The notes beneath the pieces were generated by a model. That model saw nothing but the letters and a program-made list of their open reading frames with translations. It made no database searches and was not told the DNA's origin. Source: Candidatus Latescibacterota bacterium (lineage in GTDB: Bacteria > Latescibacterota > UBA2968 > GCA-2709665). From it: 64,000 bases of DNA. The stretch spans positions 4,768,001 to 4,832,000 of the forward strand of contig OZ220733.1 in the NCBI GenBank assembly GCA_965116875.1. The letters run 5' to 3'. Shown piece by piece: positions 39,833 through 49,760 of this stretch; position 1 is the first letter of the stretch, and the number at the start of each line of letters is the position of its first letter. Both the position numbers and the translations under genes were made by a program.

Positions 39833-41002
39833 CTATGGATCCGGAGGTGTTGAATAGATCAACTTCAACATTGGATTGTGGAATACGACCCAGTTGACGT
39901 CCCAGTTCCGGCTATCGGTGACCGGCGTGCTGAGCGCAAGACCCATATTGCGCGTCGTTCCCGAGAGCCAGCCCTGAACCAGGCTCTGGTCCACGGCGTA
40001 TGACGCCGCCTGATCGTCGAACCGCCACGTGTTGACGAGAGAGAACGTGGTGTCTCCGGACGCCGGGTCGACGTTGATTCGTTCAACCGAGAATACGAAA
40101 TCACCGAACATGGATTGCGACCGATCGTAGTTCAGCCGCAATTCCGAAGACGTAACCGTAGCCCCGGTGGGTATGCTGTCCGGCAGGTCGAAGCGAAATA
40201 CCGGGCTCAACCGTACGATTGTAGCCAGAACCAGCATTCCGGGTTCAGGACCATCCCTCGCCGCCCAGTACGTATCTTCCGACGCTACCGCGACATGTGT
40301 ATATGTGTTACCGTTGATAGAAAACGTCAATCGCATCTCCGGCAGTCTGTTGACGTTTTCAGGAAGGCTTTCGTCCCGCGACACCAGACTTGTGAAGAAC
40401 CGGGCGTCCGGCGCCGGCTGCAGCAGGACGTCCAACGCCCTGGCTTCGGGGTTCTCCCGTGCAACGGACCACAGGTACGCCGGCGGCAGATCGATCAGAA
40501 TCAGACTGTCCCCCACAGACGCCGCGGTCGCCCCTTCGATCACGGTTGATGCAAGATCCGATGCGGAGTGTCTGAGCGTATCGACAAACTCGTCCAGCTC
40601 ATTCCACGCCTCGTCCGGGCGTCGTATCTCCAGTTCTTCGGCGCCACCGGACGACGCACGTTTCCGGATCCGGATCTGGACGGAGAGACCGGAAAGTTCT
40701 GCCTCGCTCGAGCCGCCGGAGGCAGACAGGAGCGAGTCGGCATCCAACCTGAACCGGAGCAGCGAACGGAACACGAGACCGCTCACTCGACCGACCATCA
40801 GCCGGGAATCGCTCCCGAACCCTCGGCTGAACGTACCCTCAAACCGGGTCGAGCCACCCCTGGAAGGAATCAGCGGAAGTTCGACCACCCGGCCCTGCGC
40901 GCGGGTTACCAGCTCGGAACCGACCGGATTTTCCTGTCTATTGCCACATCCTGGCAGCAGCGCCGCAATCAGGACTGCCGTGCAGAGTTGATGCCGACCC
41001 AT
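39833..41002 (-). CDS. Lipoprotein of unknown function
   Basis: MGRHQLCTAVLIAALLPG-C lipobox; beta-rich body; co-oriented with barrel gene. Confidence 0.65.
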   Translation of the reverse strand: MGRHQLCTAVLIAALLPGCGNRQENPVGSELVTRAQGRVVELPLIPSRGGSTRFEGTFSRGFGSDSRLMVGRVSGLVFRSLLRFRLDADSLLSASGGSSEAELSGLSVQIRIRKRASSGGAEELEIRRPDEAWNELDEFVDTLRHSASDLASTVIEGATAASVGDSLILIDLPPAYLWSVARENPEARALDVLLQPAPDARFFTSLVSRDESLPENVNRLPEMRLTFSINGNTYTHVAVASEDTYWAARDGPEPGMLVLATIVRLSPVFRFDLPDSIPTGATVTSSELRLNYDRSQSMFGDFVFSVERINVDPASGDTTFSLVNTWRFDDQAASYAVDQSLVQGWLSGTTRNMGLALSTPVTDSRNWDVNWVVFHNPMLKLIYSTPPDP

Positions 41003-41198
41003 GTTTACGTACCTCGCGACGTTGCCCTTCACGAGCTCTTCCCGATGAATCCGGTTCTCTTCATCCTGTAACGCTCGATTCAATGAAACGTTCCGGTTCG
41101 AATGCTTCCCGACACTCCGTGGATGAAGTTGCTCTGCCGACGAGACAGGGTGACCCGTCCCGGCATTATGCCGCCACTCATTGCACGGGAGTTGAAAG

Positions 41199-41726
41199 TC
41201 AATGGACCCGTTCTATCAGGATGTCAGCCCGTTGTTCACCGGCGGCAATCGGATTCTTAGGGCATGCGCCTTCCATATCTCCTGGTTGCACGCCTACGAA
41301 GCCATCCCGGTCGATCTTGGCAACCATATACATCTCGGGGATCTCGGCCAGGACGATCCCGTCTCCGAACATGCGAGCGACGTCGGATTGGGTAAGGGTG
41401 TAGTGGTAAGGAAACGTGGGCATACGCATCCGTTTGAGGGCGTATGGCGGTCCTCCGTCGGCCCTCTCTCGCGCAATGATGAACAGATAGGCGCCGTCGG
41501 GTATCCTGGACCGTAGTTCCGGCCTGATCCGGATGGTGCCGCGCACGGTCTTTTCGCCCGGTGCACCGGATGGTCTTTGGGCCGTAGAGACGGGCGGATG
41601 CCCCGCCGGCAGTGTGGGCCGTCGCGGCTTTGGCGGCGGATGCGCACCCTCCTTATAGTGCTGGTCGCAGGCAAAAATGACCAGCAGCCCTGCCAGCGTG
41701 CGAATGAAAACCGGGATATGCATCAT
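41199..41726 (-). CDS. Lipoprotein with CcmI/CycH C-terminal-like domain (cytochrome c maturation accessory)
   Basis: Lipobox IFAC; LPAGHPP; LFIIAR..GGPPYALKR..FPYHYTLTQSD..VAKIDRDG. Confidence 0.7.
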   Translation of the reverse strand: MMHIPVFIRTLAGLLVIFACDQHYKEGAHPPPKPRRPTLPAGHPPVSTAQRPSGAPGEKTVRGTIRIRPELRSRIPDGAYLFIIARERADGGPPYALKRMRMPTFPYHYTLTQSDVARMFGDGIVLAEIPEMYMVAKIDRDGFVGVQPGDMEGACPKNPIAAGEQRADILIERVH

Positions 41727-41798
41727 GAGTTGATGCCGGACAGAAAAAGGGCCGGACTTGCGGAAGCCGGACCGGAGGCGCCTGGTGTTGCCCCATCG

Positions 41799-42578
41799 TC
41801 ACCGGGCGTACACGCCATCGAAAATTTCCTCTTCGGTCATGGTCAGAAGCGCCGGCTCGTCATCGGTGACCGCCACGACATGCTCAAAATGCGCTGAAGG
41901 CAGTCCGTCCCTGGCGGACGCCGTCCATCCGTCGTCGGCGAGTGTGACTTCCGGTTGTCCCAGATTGACCATGGGTTCAATGGCTATGACGATTCCGCGC
42001 CGCAGCCGCGGATTCTTTTCCAGCGGCACATAGTTGGGTACCGCGGGATCTTCGTGCAGGCTGCGTCCGATACCGTGCCCCACGAATTGGCGTACAACGG
42101 AAAAACCGTGCGACTCCACCCACTGCTGAATGGAGCCGCTGACGTCCTCCAGCCGACGGCCTTCATGCGCCCCCTCAATGCCTCTGAACAGGGACTCACG
42201 CGTGACGGTTATCAACTTACGAATCTCGGGAGTCACGTCGCCTATGGCGTATGAGATGGCCTGGTCTCCAAAATACCCACTTAATCTGGCGCCAATATCG
42301 ATACTGACGAGGTCGCCTTCCCTCAGTTCCCTGTGTCCCGGGATCCCGTGTACGACCTGTTCGTTAATCGAGATACAGGTAGCCGCCGGGTATCCCTGGT
42401 ACCCCTTGAAGGCCGGCACGGCGCCGTGGTCGCGGATCGATTCCTCCGCGACCCCGTCCAGTCTGGACGTGGGTACGCCAGGCCGGACCCAATCACGCAG
42501 GGCACGATGCGCAAGCCCGACGACGCGGCAGGCGTCCCTGATTCTCTCCATTTCCCGTTCCGTGCGAAGTGCAATCAA
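41799..42578 (-). CDS. map: Methionine aminopeptidase type I
   Basis: CISINEQVVHGIP, DIG, GHGIGRSLHEDP, IEPM, SAHFEH. Confidence 0.96.
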   Translation of the reverse strand: MIALRTEREMERIRDACRVVGLAHRALRDWVRPGVPTSRLDGVAEESIRDHGAVPAFKGYQGYPAATCISINEQVVHGIPGHRELREGDLVSIDIGARLSGYFGDQAISYAIGDVTPEIRKLITVTRESLFRGIEGAHEGRRLEDVSGSIQQWVESHGFSVVRQFVGHGIGRSLHEDPAVPNYVPLEKNPRLRRGIVIAIEPMVNLGQPEVTLADDGWTASARDGLPSAHFEHVVAVTDDEPALLTMTEEEIFDGVYAR

Positions 42579-42699
42579 ACTGTCACCTGTTATCCGAAAT
42601 GGATGCTAGTAGTGAATCGAGAGGTTTAAGTTAACAAAAAGGGGTATGGAAACAAGAATTAAAGGTCTTTCTGTGGATGAAATGTACCAGGTGTGGGAA

Positions 42700-45132
42700 T
42701 CAGGGGAGCCCGAAATAGACTGCAAATACGAGGAAATCCTGAAAGTCGACAAGCCCCGAGGCGTCGAGGTCGAATGTTGGATTTTCCGTGCCGAAAGCAC
42801 CCGCAAAGGCAATAAAGTCGGCAAAGTTGACGGCGCCGTCGTCGTTGAAATCTCCGATCAACGTCTTCCCGACCGTCCATTGCCGACTGACTGAATTCTG
42901 CCCGGCGGATACCACGACCGCGACCACGTCATCCCCTTCCGTTGCGGGAATCGTCACGAGCAGGGACGGCCCGGTCTCATCCACTGAAATGCCGTTAATC
43001 GACCACGCGAAACTCAATTCATCTCCGTCCGGATCCAGGGCCGTCACCGAGAAACGAACCGTCTCCCCCGAGGCGCCGTACACGACCCCGCGGTCCGGGT
43101 CGGTATCCCGGATCTCCGGCGGGCGGTCGACATTCTTCACGTGTACGTTCACCCCGATGAGTACTTCATTGACGCCGTCGCTGACCAGGATCTGAATCTC
43201 GTACGTCCTGTCGCCCTGATCGAACCTCGGGGTCCAGGTCAGGCGATTCTCAACCAGGGTCGCCCCGGCCGGGAGGTTGCCGGACGAAAAGGCAAGTGCG
43301 TCGCCATCTTCGTCTTCCGCATCAATGAGAACCGAAAGCGGCTGCCCTTCCGTGATTGTGGTATCGGGAACCGCGGCCACCACGGGCGGCAGGTTCCCCG
43401 AGAGGGTCTGACCGAAGACCGCCCAGGCGACGGAGGGCGTCGTACCTGCCCCCGTGGCGGAGACCTGTACGACCGTCGTGCCTTTGCCAACCGCCACGAT
43501 TTCAATCGAATCGGTCACCGTGGTGAATGACGAAGGCTCCGCTTGTCCGGGCACGTTGATCGCCCTGCTGCCACTGGCGCGAGCAACGGTCCACGCTACC
43601 GGATTTCCTCCGGCGCCTTCCGCACGGACGGTCGCCCGGTCTGTATGTACGCCGAGCCGTGCGACGGGAACTTTGCTTTCGCCAACCGTCAACGTGAGAG
43701 GATTGGTCTCCCCGTCCACTGATTCCACCGGGGCGATCGTATATTCGTAATCGAAATCCTCCCCTTCCAGCGCGCCCGATATCGGCAAGAACACGATATT
43801 GTCGTATTGTCCCGCGTTCGGGATCTCCAGCCTGGAGCGGACCGGCCGCAGCAGGCCAACCCCGTCGGCATCGATCAGCATGGCCCAGAACTGCCAGCTT
43901 CCCCCGCCGGCCAGGCTGAAGTCGGCTCGTAGGCCGCCCTGCATCCCCTTCGTCGCCACCTGGATGTAGTCGGCAGCCAGATGATCCACCGTACCGGTAC
44001 CGGATGCCTGGCCGCCGGATACCGTCGAAACCGTTCTGACCGAGGCAGCGGGCTGATAGAACACGCCCTCTTCGTAAAACCCCTCTCGTGAGCGGGTTCC
44101 CGTGAAATAATTCCAGATGACGTAACCCGGCAGCGTCCCTGAAATTCCACCGGTGGGTATTGCCGGATCCAATTTCCCGATATCGTACGACGACGGGTTG
44201 CGCTCGCCCAGTCCCTCCCACGTCTCGCGAATGGTCCGTCGTCCAAAGACCTGGTCCAGGTAATGGACGTAGATGCATGCTCCGTACTGGTGTCCGTCCT
44301 GCAGATTGGGCTGCGAGTCGAGGGAAACGGTCGGTGAATCCAGAACGAACCGCGTGTACTGGAAATAATCGTTCACATCGTCGTACGCCACGTCTTCCAT
44401 CCAGGTCGCGGTGGCTTCGTGCCACCACGTCAGGGCTCGCGCATTATAGGCGAATTGTATCGCATGAAAGAACTCGTGCGCGACGGTCACGTGCAGACCG
44501 TCCAGACCCCGGGTCGCGTAGATCCGGTCCGTATAGTCATTGTCGACCGTCAGATAGGCAGACGTCACCGGATTACCGAGCCTTGTGGGCCAGGTTTGCC
44601 CGTACACGCCGGCCGTGCCAAGTTGCTGTATGTACACGTCGAACAGGCCATCGCCGTCATCCAGCGGGTCCCGGTACCCCAGGTTTCGGACCTGAAGCGC
44701 CCAAACGGCATCGAACGTGGCAGCGACTTCCTCGACGTAGTCGGGCACCCGGTTCCGGTTGGCGTCGACCGGCGAAACGGCATGACGGCCCCTCGTATCG
44801 TAGTGGACGCGGAAATGTCCGTCTTCGGATACGATGCTGTCCGTCATTGCCGGGCGCTCAAACACATGGGCGAACGCCTGGCGCGTATTTTTGCTCAGAC
44901 CCGGCCACCGGTTGGCCAGAGCCATGATGACGGGTGTGCCGCAAACCGCTCGCTCGCGGAAATATGGGCTGTCCGCCGGCAGCAGATCGGGCCTGAACAT
45001 CGCAGCCGCCCGGTTGAAGAGTTCGACCTCCGTTTCACGCGGAACCGGAGACAGATCGGGCGGCGTCCCGGCGCCTGCATGGACCCCGCCCATGAGAAAT
45101 GAAGCCATAAAGACACGAATAGGCCAATTCAT
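42700..45132 (-). CDS. Secreted zinc metalloprotease (MXAN_6640-like) with Ig/cadherin-like domains and dockerin/EF-hand tail
   Basis: FRVHY, VAHEFFHAIQ, WWHEATATWME; DEDGDALAF, LPAGA; GDFNDDGAVNFADF..DLDASGLVDFQDF. Confidence 0.82.
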   Translation of the reverse strand: MNWPIRVFMASFLMGGVHAGAGTPPDLSPVPRETEVELFNRAAAMFRPDLLPADSPYFRERAVCGTPVIMALANRWPGLSKNTRQAFAHVFERPAMTDSIVSEDGHFRVHYDTRGRHAVSPVDANRNRVPDYVEEVAATFDAVWALQVRNLGYRDPLDDGDGLFDVYIQQLGTAGVYGQTWPTRLGNPVTSAYLTVDNDYTDRIYATRGLDGLHVTVAHEFFHAIQFAYNARALTWWHEATATWMEDVAYDDVNDYFQYTRFVLDSPTVSLDSQPNLQDGHQYGACIYVHYLDQVFGRRTIRETWEGLGERNPSSYDIGKLDPAIPTGGISGTLPGYVIWNYFTGTRSREGFYEEGVFYQPAASVRTVSTVSGGQASGTGTVDHLAADYIQVATKGMQGGLRADFSLAGGGSWQFWAMLIDADGVGLLRPVRSRLEIPNAGQYDNIVFLPISGALEGEDFDYEYTIAPVESVDGETNPLTLTVGESKVPVARLGVHTDRATVRAEGAGGNPVAWTVARASGSRAINVPGQAEPSSFTTVTDSIEIVAVGKGTTVVQVSATGAGTTPSVAWAVFGQTLSGNLPPVVAAVPDTTITEGQPLSVLIDAEDEDGDALAFSSGNLPAGATLVENRLTWTPRFDQGDRTYEIQILVSDGVNEVLIGVNVHVKNVDRPPEIRDTDPDRGVVYGASGETVRFSVTALDPDGDELSFAWSINGISVDETGPSLLVTIPATEGDDVVAVVVSAGQNSVSRQWTVGKTLIGDFNDDGAVNFADFIAFAGAFGTENPTFDLDASGLVDFQDFLVFAVYFGLP

Positions 45133-45202
45133 ATCGTTTGTTGAACCTGTGCCGGTCCTGACATCGACGCGGCAATGCACGCCCGTCCCGCCGCGACGGA
45201 GT

Positions 45203-45880
45203 TCATGTACCTTGCTCGGCGCCTGTCACGTAAATGCTGTCCGACACGTTTACACCGACGACATGCTGGGTGTCGCCATCCAGTTCAATGGTCATCGGGC
45301 CGTTGAACGGCGCCTTCTCCTGAACGAACAGTGTGACGCCGGGCCGCAATCCAAGCGCCCCCAGATACCTGAGCATCTCGGGACTCTGGTCGTTCACCTG
45401 CGCGATCACGACCGCCTCCCCGGGCTTCACCTGCGTGAGAGGGACGCAATCCGTATCTTCTATATTTCCGTCTTTCGTGGGAATCGGCGCGCCATGAGGG
45501 TCGGTTGTGGGATGGCCGAGAACCTTGTCGATCTTGTCCTCGAACTCTTCAGATATTACGTGCTCAAGTCTGTCGGCCTCCGCGTCGACTTCGTCCCAGT
45601 CGTAGCCCAATGCATCGGCCAGGTACAATTCGAGCAGCCGGTGATGCCTCAACACCTCCAGGGCGACGGCTTCTCCCGCCGGCGTGAGTTCGACACCCTG
45701 ATAGGGTGTGTGCTGAACGAGATTCATCTCAGCCAGCTTCTTGATCATATTCGTCGCGGAAGCGGCCGCCACGTCCATCCGCTCCGCAACCATCGACGTA
45801 TTCACGGTTTCCCTGGGCTCGTGCCCATGTTGCAGTTTGTAGATGGACTTCAGATAGTCCTGCGCGGCCTGACTGAGCAT
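45203..45880 (-). CDS. mntR: DtxR/MntR family metal-dependent repressor with FeoA/SH3 domain
   Basis: QDYLKSIY, RHHRLLE, EADRLEH, DPHGAPIP, LGLRPG. Confidence 0.9.
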   Translation of the reverse strand: MLSQAAQDYLKSIYKLQHGHEPRETVNTSMVAERMDVAAASATNMIKKLAEMNLVQHTPYQGVELTPAGEAVALEVLRHHRLLELYLADALGYDWDEVDAEADRLEHVISEEFEDKIDKVLGHPTTDPHGAPIPTKDGNIEDTDCVPLTQVKPGEAVVIAQVNDQSPEMLRYLGALGLRPGVTLFVQEKAPFNGPMTIELDGDTQHVVGVNVSDSIYVTGAEQGT

Positions 45881-45977
45881 GTGTTTCCTTTCGCTGGCAA
45901 TCCTGCGCGGTTACCTGAACCGGCAGTGACATCCGGAAACTATCTTCCACGAACACCAGCCGAAACCGGAAATCGCC

Positions 45978-47414
45978 TTACCCTGATACCAGTCGCCAGA
46001 TCTGTGCAACGAGAAAACAGAGCAGGAAACCCATTCCCACGGGCAATAACGACGAAATGGACGTCCATCTGGCGCTTCGTGTTTCCTTCCAGATCGTATA
46101 TATCGTGGTAGAACACGGATTGTGCACCAGACTGAACAACATCAAATTGACGGCAGTGAGCAGACTCCATCCGCCGGAAGCGAAAATCTGCGCCACCGCG
46201 GCATTGGAGTTTAGTTCAAACATGACCCCGGCGCCTTCACCCATCCCGGTCATCCCCGCACTCAATACCGTCAACATCAGTATGGTGGGAATCACGATTT
46301 CGTTCGCCGGGATTGCGATCACGTAGGCCAGCAGGATGACGCCGTTCAATCCGATAAGCAGGCCGAACGGCTGGCTCCAGTTGATGAAATGCTCCGCGAC
46401 GCTGAGCCCCCCGACCAGGATATTGGAACTCAGCCAGATCACCGCGCCCGCGGGAACCGCAAAGATCACCGCCCGCCACAGCACAATCAGCGTTCTGTCA
46501 ATAATGGAAGTATAGACGGTCTGCAAGACCCGAGGGGGTCGATACGGCGGAAGTTCCAGGCTGAAGGCGGATGCTTCTCCCCGGAGAACCGACCTGGAGA
46601 GGCCCCATGAGACGACAAACGAGAGCAGAACGCCAAATACGGCGACAGCCACAACCGCACCGGCGGAAACCAGGCCGGCGAAATGGGCCGGCGCCAGGCC
46701 TCCGATAAATATCGTAGCCACCAGTATCTGGGTGGGCCACCGTCCGTTGCAGAGCGAGAAATTGTTGGTAATGATGGCGATGAGCCGCTCTCTGGGACTG
46801 TCTATAACCCGTGTGGACACGATCGCTGCGGCATTGCAACCGAATCCCATACTCATCGTCAGCGCCTGCTTCCCGTGCGCGCCTGCTTTTTTGAACCACT
46901 TGTCAAGATTGAACGCGACCCGGGGCAGATATCCGAAGTCCTCCAGTAGCGTAAACAGTGGAAAGAAGATCGCCATGGGTGGCAACATGACGCTGACGAC
47001 CCACGCCATTGCCAGGTAGATGCCGTCAACGAGCAGGCCGTCGAGCCACCAGGGCAGGCCGACTGCCGCGGCCACGGATTTTAACATCGGGTGAACGGAG
47101 TCGATCAACAGACCCGCGAGCATCGCCGAAGGCAGATTCGCGCCCTCGATCGTCAGCCAAAATACCAGCGTCAGCAGAAATAACATGATGGGGAAACCCA
47201 GCCAGCGGCTGGTTACGAGCCGGTCGATCGTCCGGTCCAGATCGAACCGGGCGGCCTCCCCGGTCCGGGTGACGGCGCGGTCTGCGATCTGCGCTGCGTT
47301 TGCGTAGAGCGTTTCCATCAATGAATCGTGGAAATTGGACCCCACTTCCCATCGAAGCTTCGCCGCCAATCGAATCAATTCTTCGGGACGTTTATTTGCG
47401 GTGGAATCCCTCAC
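45978..47414 (-). CDS. FeoB membrane (gate) domain encoded as a separate protein
   Basis: [38 protein letters not shown]; GAGGAGGT SD; GTG start overlaps upstream TGA. Confidence 0.9.
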   Translation of the reverse strand: MRDSTANKRPEELIRLAAKLRWEVGSNFHDSLMETLYANAAQIADRAVTRTGEAARFDLDRTIDRLVTSRWLGFPIMLFLLTLVFWLTIEGANLPSAMLAGLLIDSVHPMLKSVAAAVGLPWWLDGLLVDGIYLAMAWVVSVMLPPMAIFFPLFTLLEDFGYLPRVAFNLDKWFKKAGAHGKQALTMSMGFGCNAAAIVSTRVIDSPRERLIAIITNNFSLCNGRWPTQILVATIFIGGLAPAHFAGLVSAGAVVAVAVFGVLLSFVVSWGLSRSVLRGEASAFSLELPPYRPPRVLQTVYTSIIDRTLIVLWRAVIFAVPAGAVIWLSSNILVGGLSVAEHFINWSQPFGLLIGLNGVILLAYVIAIPANEIVIPTILMLTVLSAGMTGMGEGAGVMFELNSNAAVAQIFASGGWSLLTAVNLMLFSLVHNPCSTTIYTIWKETRSARWTSISSLLPVGMGFLLCFLVAQIWRLVSG

Positions 47415-48220
47415 GCCGTGACCTCCTCTCCCTGCACCGGATTACGGTTCAGGTCCCCGAGCTCTCCCGAACTCACCGCTTCCATAATTCGCGTGTCGCC
47501 TTCGAGCAGCCGGAGCGCCACCCATCGCGAGTTCGGAACGTTGGGAAACGCCTCATCCAGCTGAGCCATGAGTTTGTTTACGGCCTTCCTCAATTCAGGC
47601 GGCTCGTTTTTGATGCGTTGCGGCCTGCAAACCGTCCTGCCGGTCGCCACATCACTCAATACCCGCGTCAGCTCAGGCATTCCCTCCCCCCGGCGCGCCG
47701 CTGCAGGTACCACCGGGACCCCCAGATCTCGTGACAGTCGTCGTTCGTCCACCCGTAGTCCCTGGCGTTTCGCTTCGTCTATCAGGTTCAGACACACGAC
47801 TGCACGGTCGGTAATCTCCAGTACCTGAAGGACGAGATTCAGATTCCGCTCCAGCCGCACGGCGTCCACGACAACCACCGTGACGTCCGGACGTCCGAAC
47901 AGGATAAAATCCCGGGCGACCTCTTCGTCGAGACTGGTGGACAGGAGAGAATATGTTCCGGGAAGGTCCACAAGCTTATACCGGTGGCCGCCGAACGCGA
48001 AACCGCCTTCGGCCCGCACGACTGTTTTTCCGGGCCAGTTTCCGGTGTGCTGCCGCAATCCGGTGAGGGCATTGAATACCGTGCTTTTTCCTGTATTCGG
48101 ATTTCCTGCCAGCGCCACGACAAAATCCCAATTCGCCATATTCACGCCGAGTTTGATCAGGTTGCCCGAATGATGGGCCGGGCAGGCCTCGCATCCGTCG
48201 ATCGTTGTCTGCATTTCCAT
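47411..48220 (-). CDS. FeoB N-terminal GTPase domain encoded as a separate protein
   Basis: [28 protein letters not shown]; N-terminal CEACPAHH; start moved to MEMQTT. Confidence 0.9.
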   Translation of the reverse strand: MEMQTTIDGCEACPAHHSGNLIKLGVNMANWDFVVALAGNPNTGKSTVFNALTGLRQHTGNWPGKTVVRAEGGFAFGGHRYKLVDLPGTYSLLSTSLDEEVARDFILFGRPDVTVVVVDAVRLERNLNLVLQVLEITDRAVVCLNLIDEAKRQGLRVDERRLSRDLGVPVVPAAARRGEGMPELTRVLSDVATGRTVCRPQRIKNEPPELRKAVNKLMAQLDEAFPNVPNSRWVALRLLEGDTRIMEAVSSGELGDLNRNPVQGEEVTA

Positions 48221-48272
48221 AGTAAACGCTCCATCCGATTCCGATTGCGCCTGAGTGGAAGGTGGCGGTCGT

Positions 48273-49298
48273 TCATTCCACGAGTTGCACCCGAATTTGA
48301 ACCTGACGTGCCTGCTCCTCTCGAAGCGCAATGGTTGTGCCGCGTATCCGGTATGCGGTTGGATCCCCGGAAGGGCTGCGCATGTCCACCTGGATCCGGG
48401 TACCGGGAAGGATCCCCAGGTCCATCAGCCGACGCCGTTCCAGACCGCGGCATGATCCGGACAGTCGGACAACGCGCCCGACTTCGCCCGTTCTCAGGCC
48501 GGACAACAGTTCATCGGACGCTTCTTCTTCGATACCATTGGATACTGCGGTGACGGAAATGTGGTCGGCCAGCAACGGCGCCAGCACATGCTCTTCTCCA
48601 TCTGCCCAGAAGCGCACGCGCTGGGGCAGAACCTCGATCAACTCGATTCGCATCCCGACGTGAAGTCCCTCCGCCGCAAGCTGCGCGTACACGGGCTCCG
48701 GCTCGTCTTCGATGTGTACGATCACCGCCGCAACGCCGACGGGGTGTTCCGTCAGGTGCGTTCCGCGTCTTGGCGCGATGTCTCCGGCGACGGTGGGTAT
48801 GGGGTCCCCATGCGGGTCGTAGACGGGAAACCCCATCCTCCGGTCCAGCCGTTCCACGTCCTCGGTAGACAGATCGTGCTCCCGGCGTTCCGCCTCGCTG
48901 TGCCAGTCGGCAGCCGCCACACCGGTCTCCTCGGCCAGATAGTGTTCCCAGAGGCGGTGAACTCTCAGGATGCGAAGCGCGTAATCCCGACCCTGCGTTG
49001 TCAGTCTGAGGCTACCGCCGTCTGAAACGGTGAGTCCGCGGACCCCCGCCCGTACGAGAAGATCGGACGCGCGGCCAGGCGGGATCCCAAGTGCGCCGGA
49101 CAGGCTTTCGACCGTTGCGATCTGCTGTTGATATTCGCAGTTATATACGTGCTTGAGCAGATCTTCCATCAGGACGCGCTCGGTCAGCCTCCGGGCCCGC
49201 CGCCACCGCCAGAAATATCCCGAGCCCGGCCGGATAAGAAACCATGCGCAACCGAGAATGACGGCTGCGCCCAGAAGCGCTCTCACGGGTTCGATCAT
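48273..49298 (-). CDS. DtxR-family regulator with N-terminal TM helix and two FeoA domains
   Basis: [18 protein letters not shown]; [26 protein letters not shown]; [30 protein letters not shown]. Confidence 0.88.
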   Translation of the reverse strand: MIEPVRALLGAAVILGCAWFLIRPGSGYFWRWRRARRLTERVLMEDLLKHVYNCEYQQQIATVESLSGALGIPPGRASDLLVRAGVRGLTVSDGGSLRLTTQGRDYALRILRVHRLWEHYLAEETGVAAADWHSEAERREHDLSTEDVERLDRRMGFPVYDPHGDPIPTVAGDIAPRRGTHLTEHPVGVAAVIVHIEDEPEPVYAQLAAEGLHVGMRIELIEVLPQRVRFWADGEEHVLAPLLADHISVTAVSNGIEEEASDELLSGLRTGEVGRVVRLSGSCRGLERRRLMDLGILPGTRIQVDMRSPSGDPTAYRIRGTTIALREEQARQVQIRVQLVE

Positions 49299-49343
49299 CC
49301 GGTTTTCCTTCTGTCAATACCGATTATCCAAAGATAAAAAAAT

Positions 49344-49387
49344 ATTTAGATGCGCCTAAATTTAAGGCAGCACCCTGCATCTGTCAA
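49344..49387 (-). promoter_or_regulatory. Sigma-70 promoter with overlapping DtxR/MntR-type operator
   Basis: TTGACA (49387-49382)-N17-TAAATT (49364-49359); palindrome ATTTAG-N6-CTAAAT at 49344-49361. Confidence 0.8.
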
Positions 49388-49760
49388 GTACAAAACCGCT
49401 CTCGAAGAGCCTGTGGGTTGGCATGCCGGTCCGCGCAACCACGGGAAGCGTGATTCAGCAATCCTCAAATCCGGGATAAAACAGGGTCTCAGGACATACA
49501 GGAGCCTCGCGGCCTCCAGACTGACTGCGGAGTTTACGGCGCCTATGACAAGAAAGACGTTGCACAATCCTGAAGATAGGTCGATATTTCGTGAGAATCG
49601 CCGGATTGCGAGACGACGGCCTGCCGCTGATGACCCAGGCGGCCACGCCCGAGCAATGCCGGAGGTCGTTACGAAGCGGAGCAATCGGGATGTACCGCCG
49701 ATGCCCTGCGTGGATACGTCTACAGGCCGAAAAATCCTCTATTACCAAAAGGCTGCTTCC

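Noticed and set aside
41083-41198. Possible structured ncRNA in the intergenic gap
   Set aside because: No convincing stems or known family motif by eye
47411-47414. Frameshifted feoB pseudogene
   Set aside because: Strong SD and GTGA start/stop overlap indicate a deliberate two-gene arrangement
49350-49760. 137-aa N-terminal extension of the LLM ORF
   Set aside because: Overlaps the divergent promoter and is low-complexity; homology starts at the GTG at 49761
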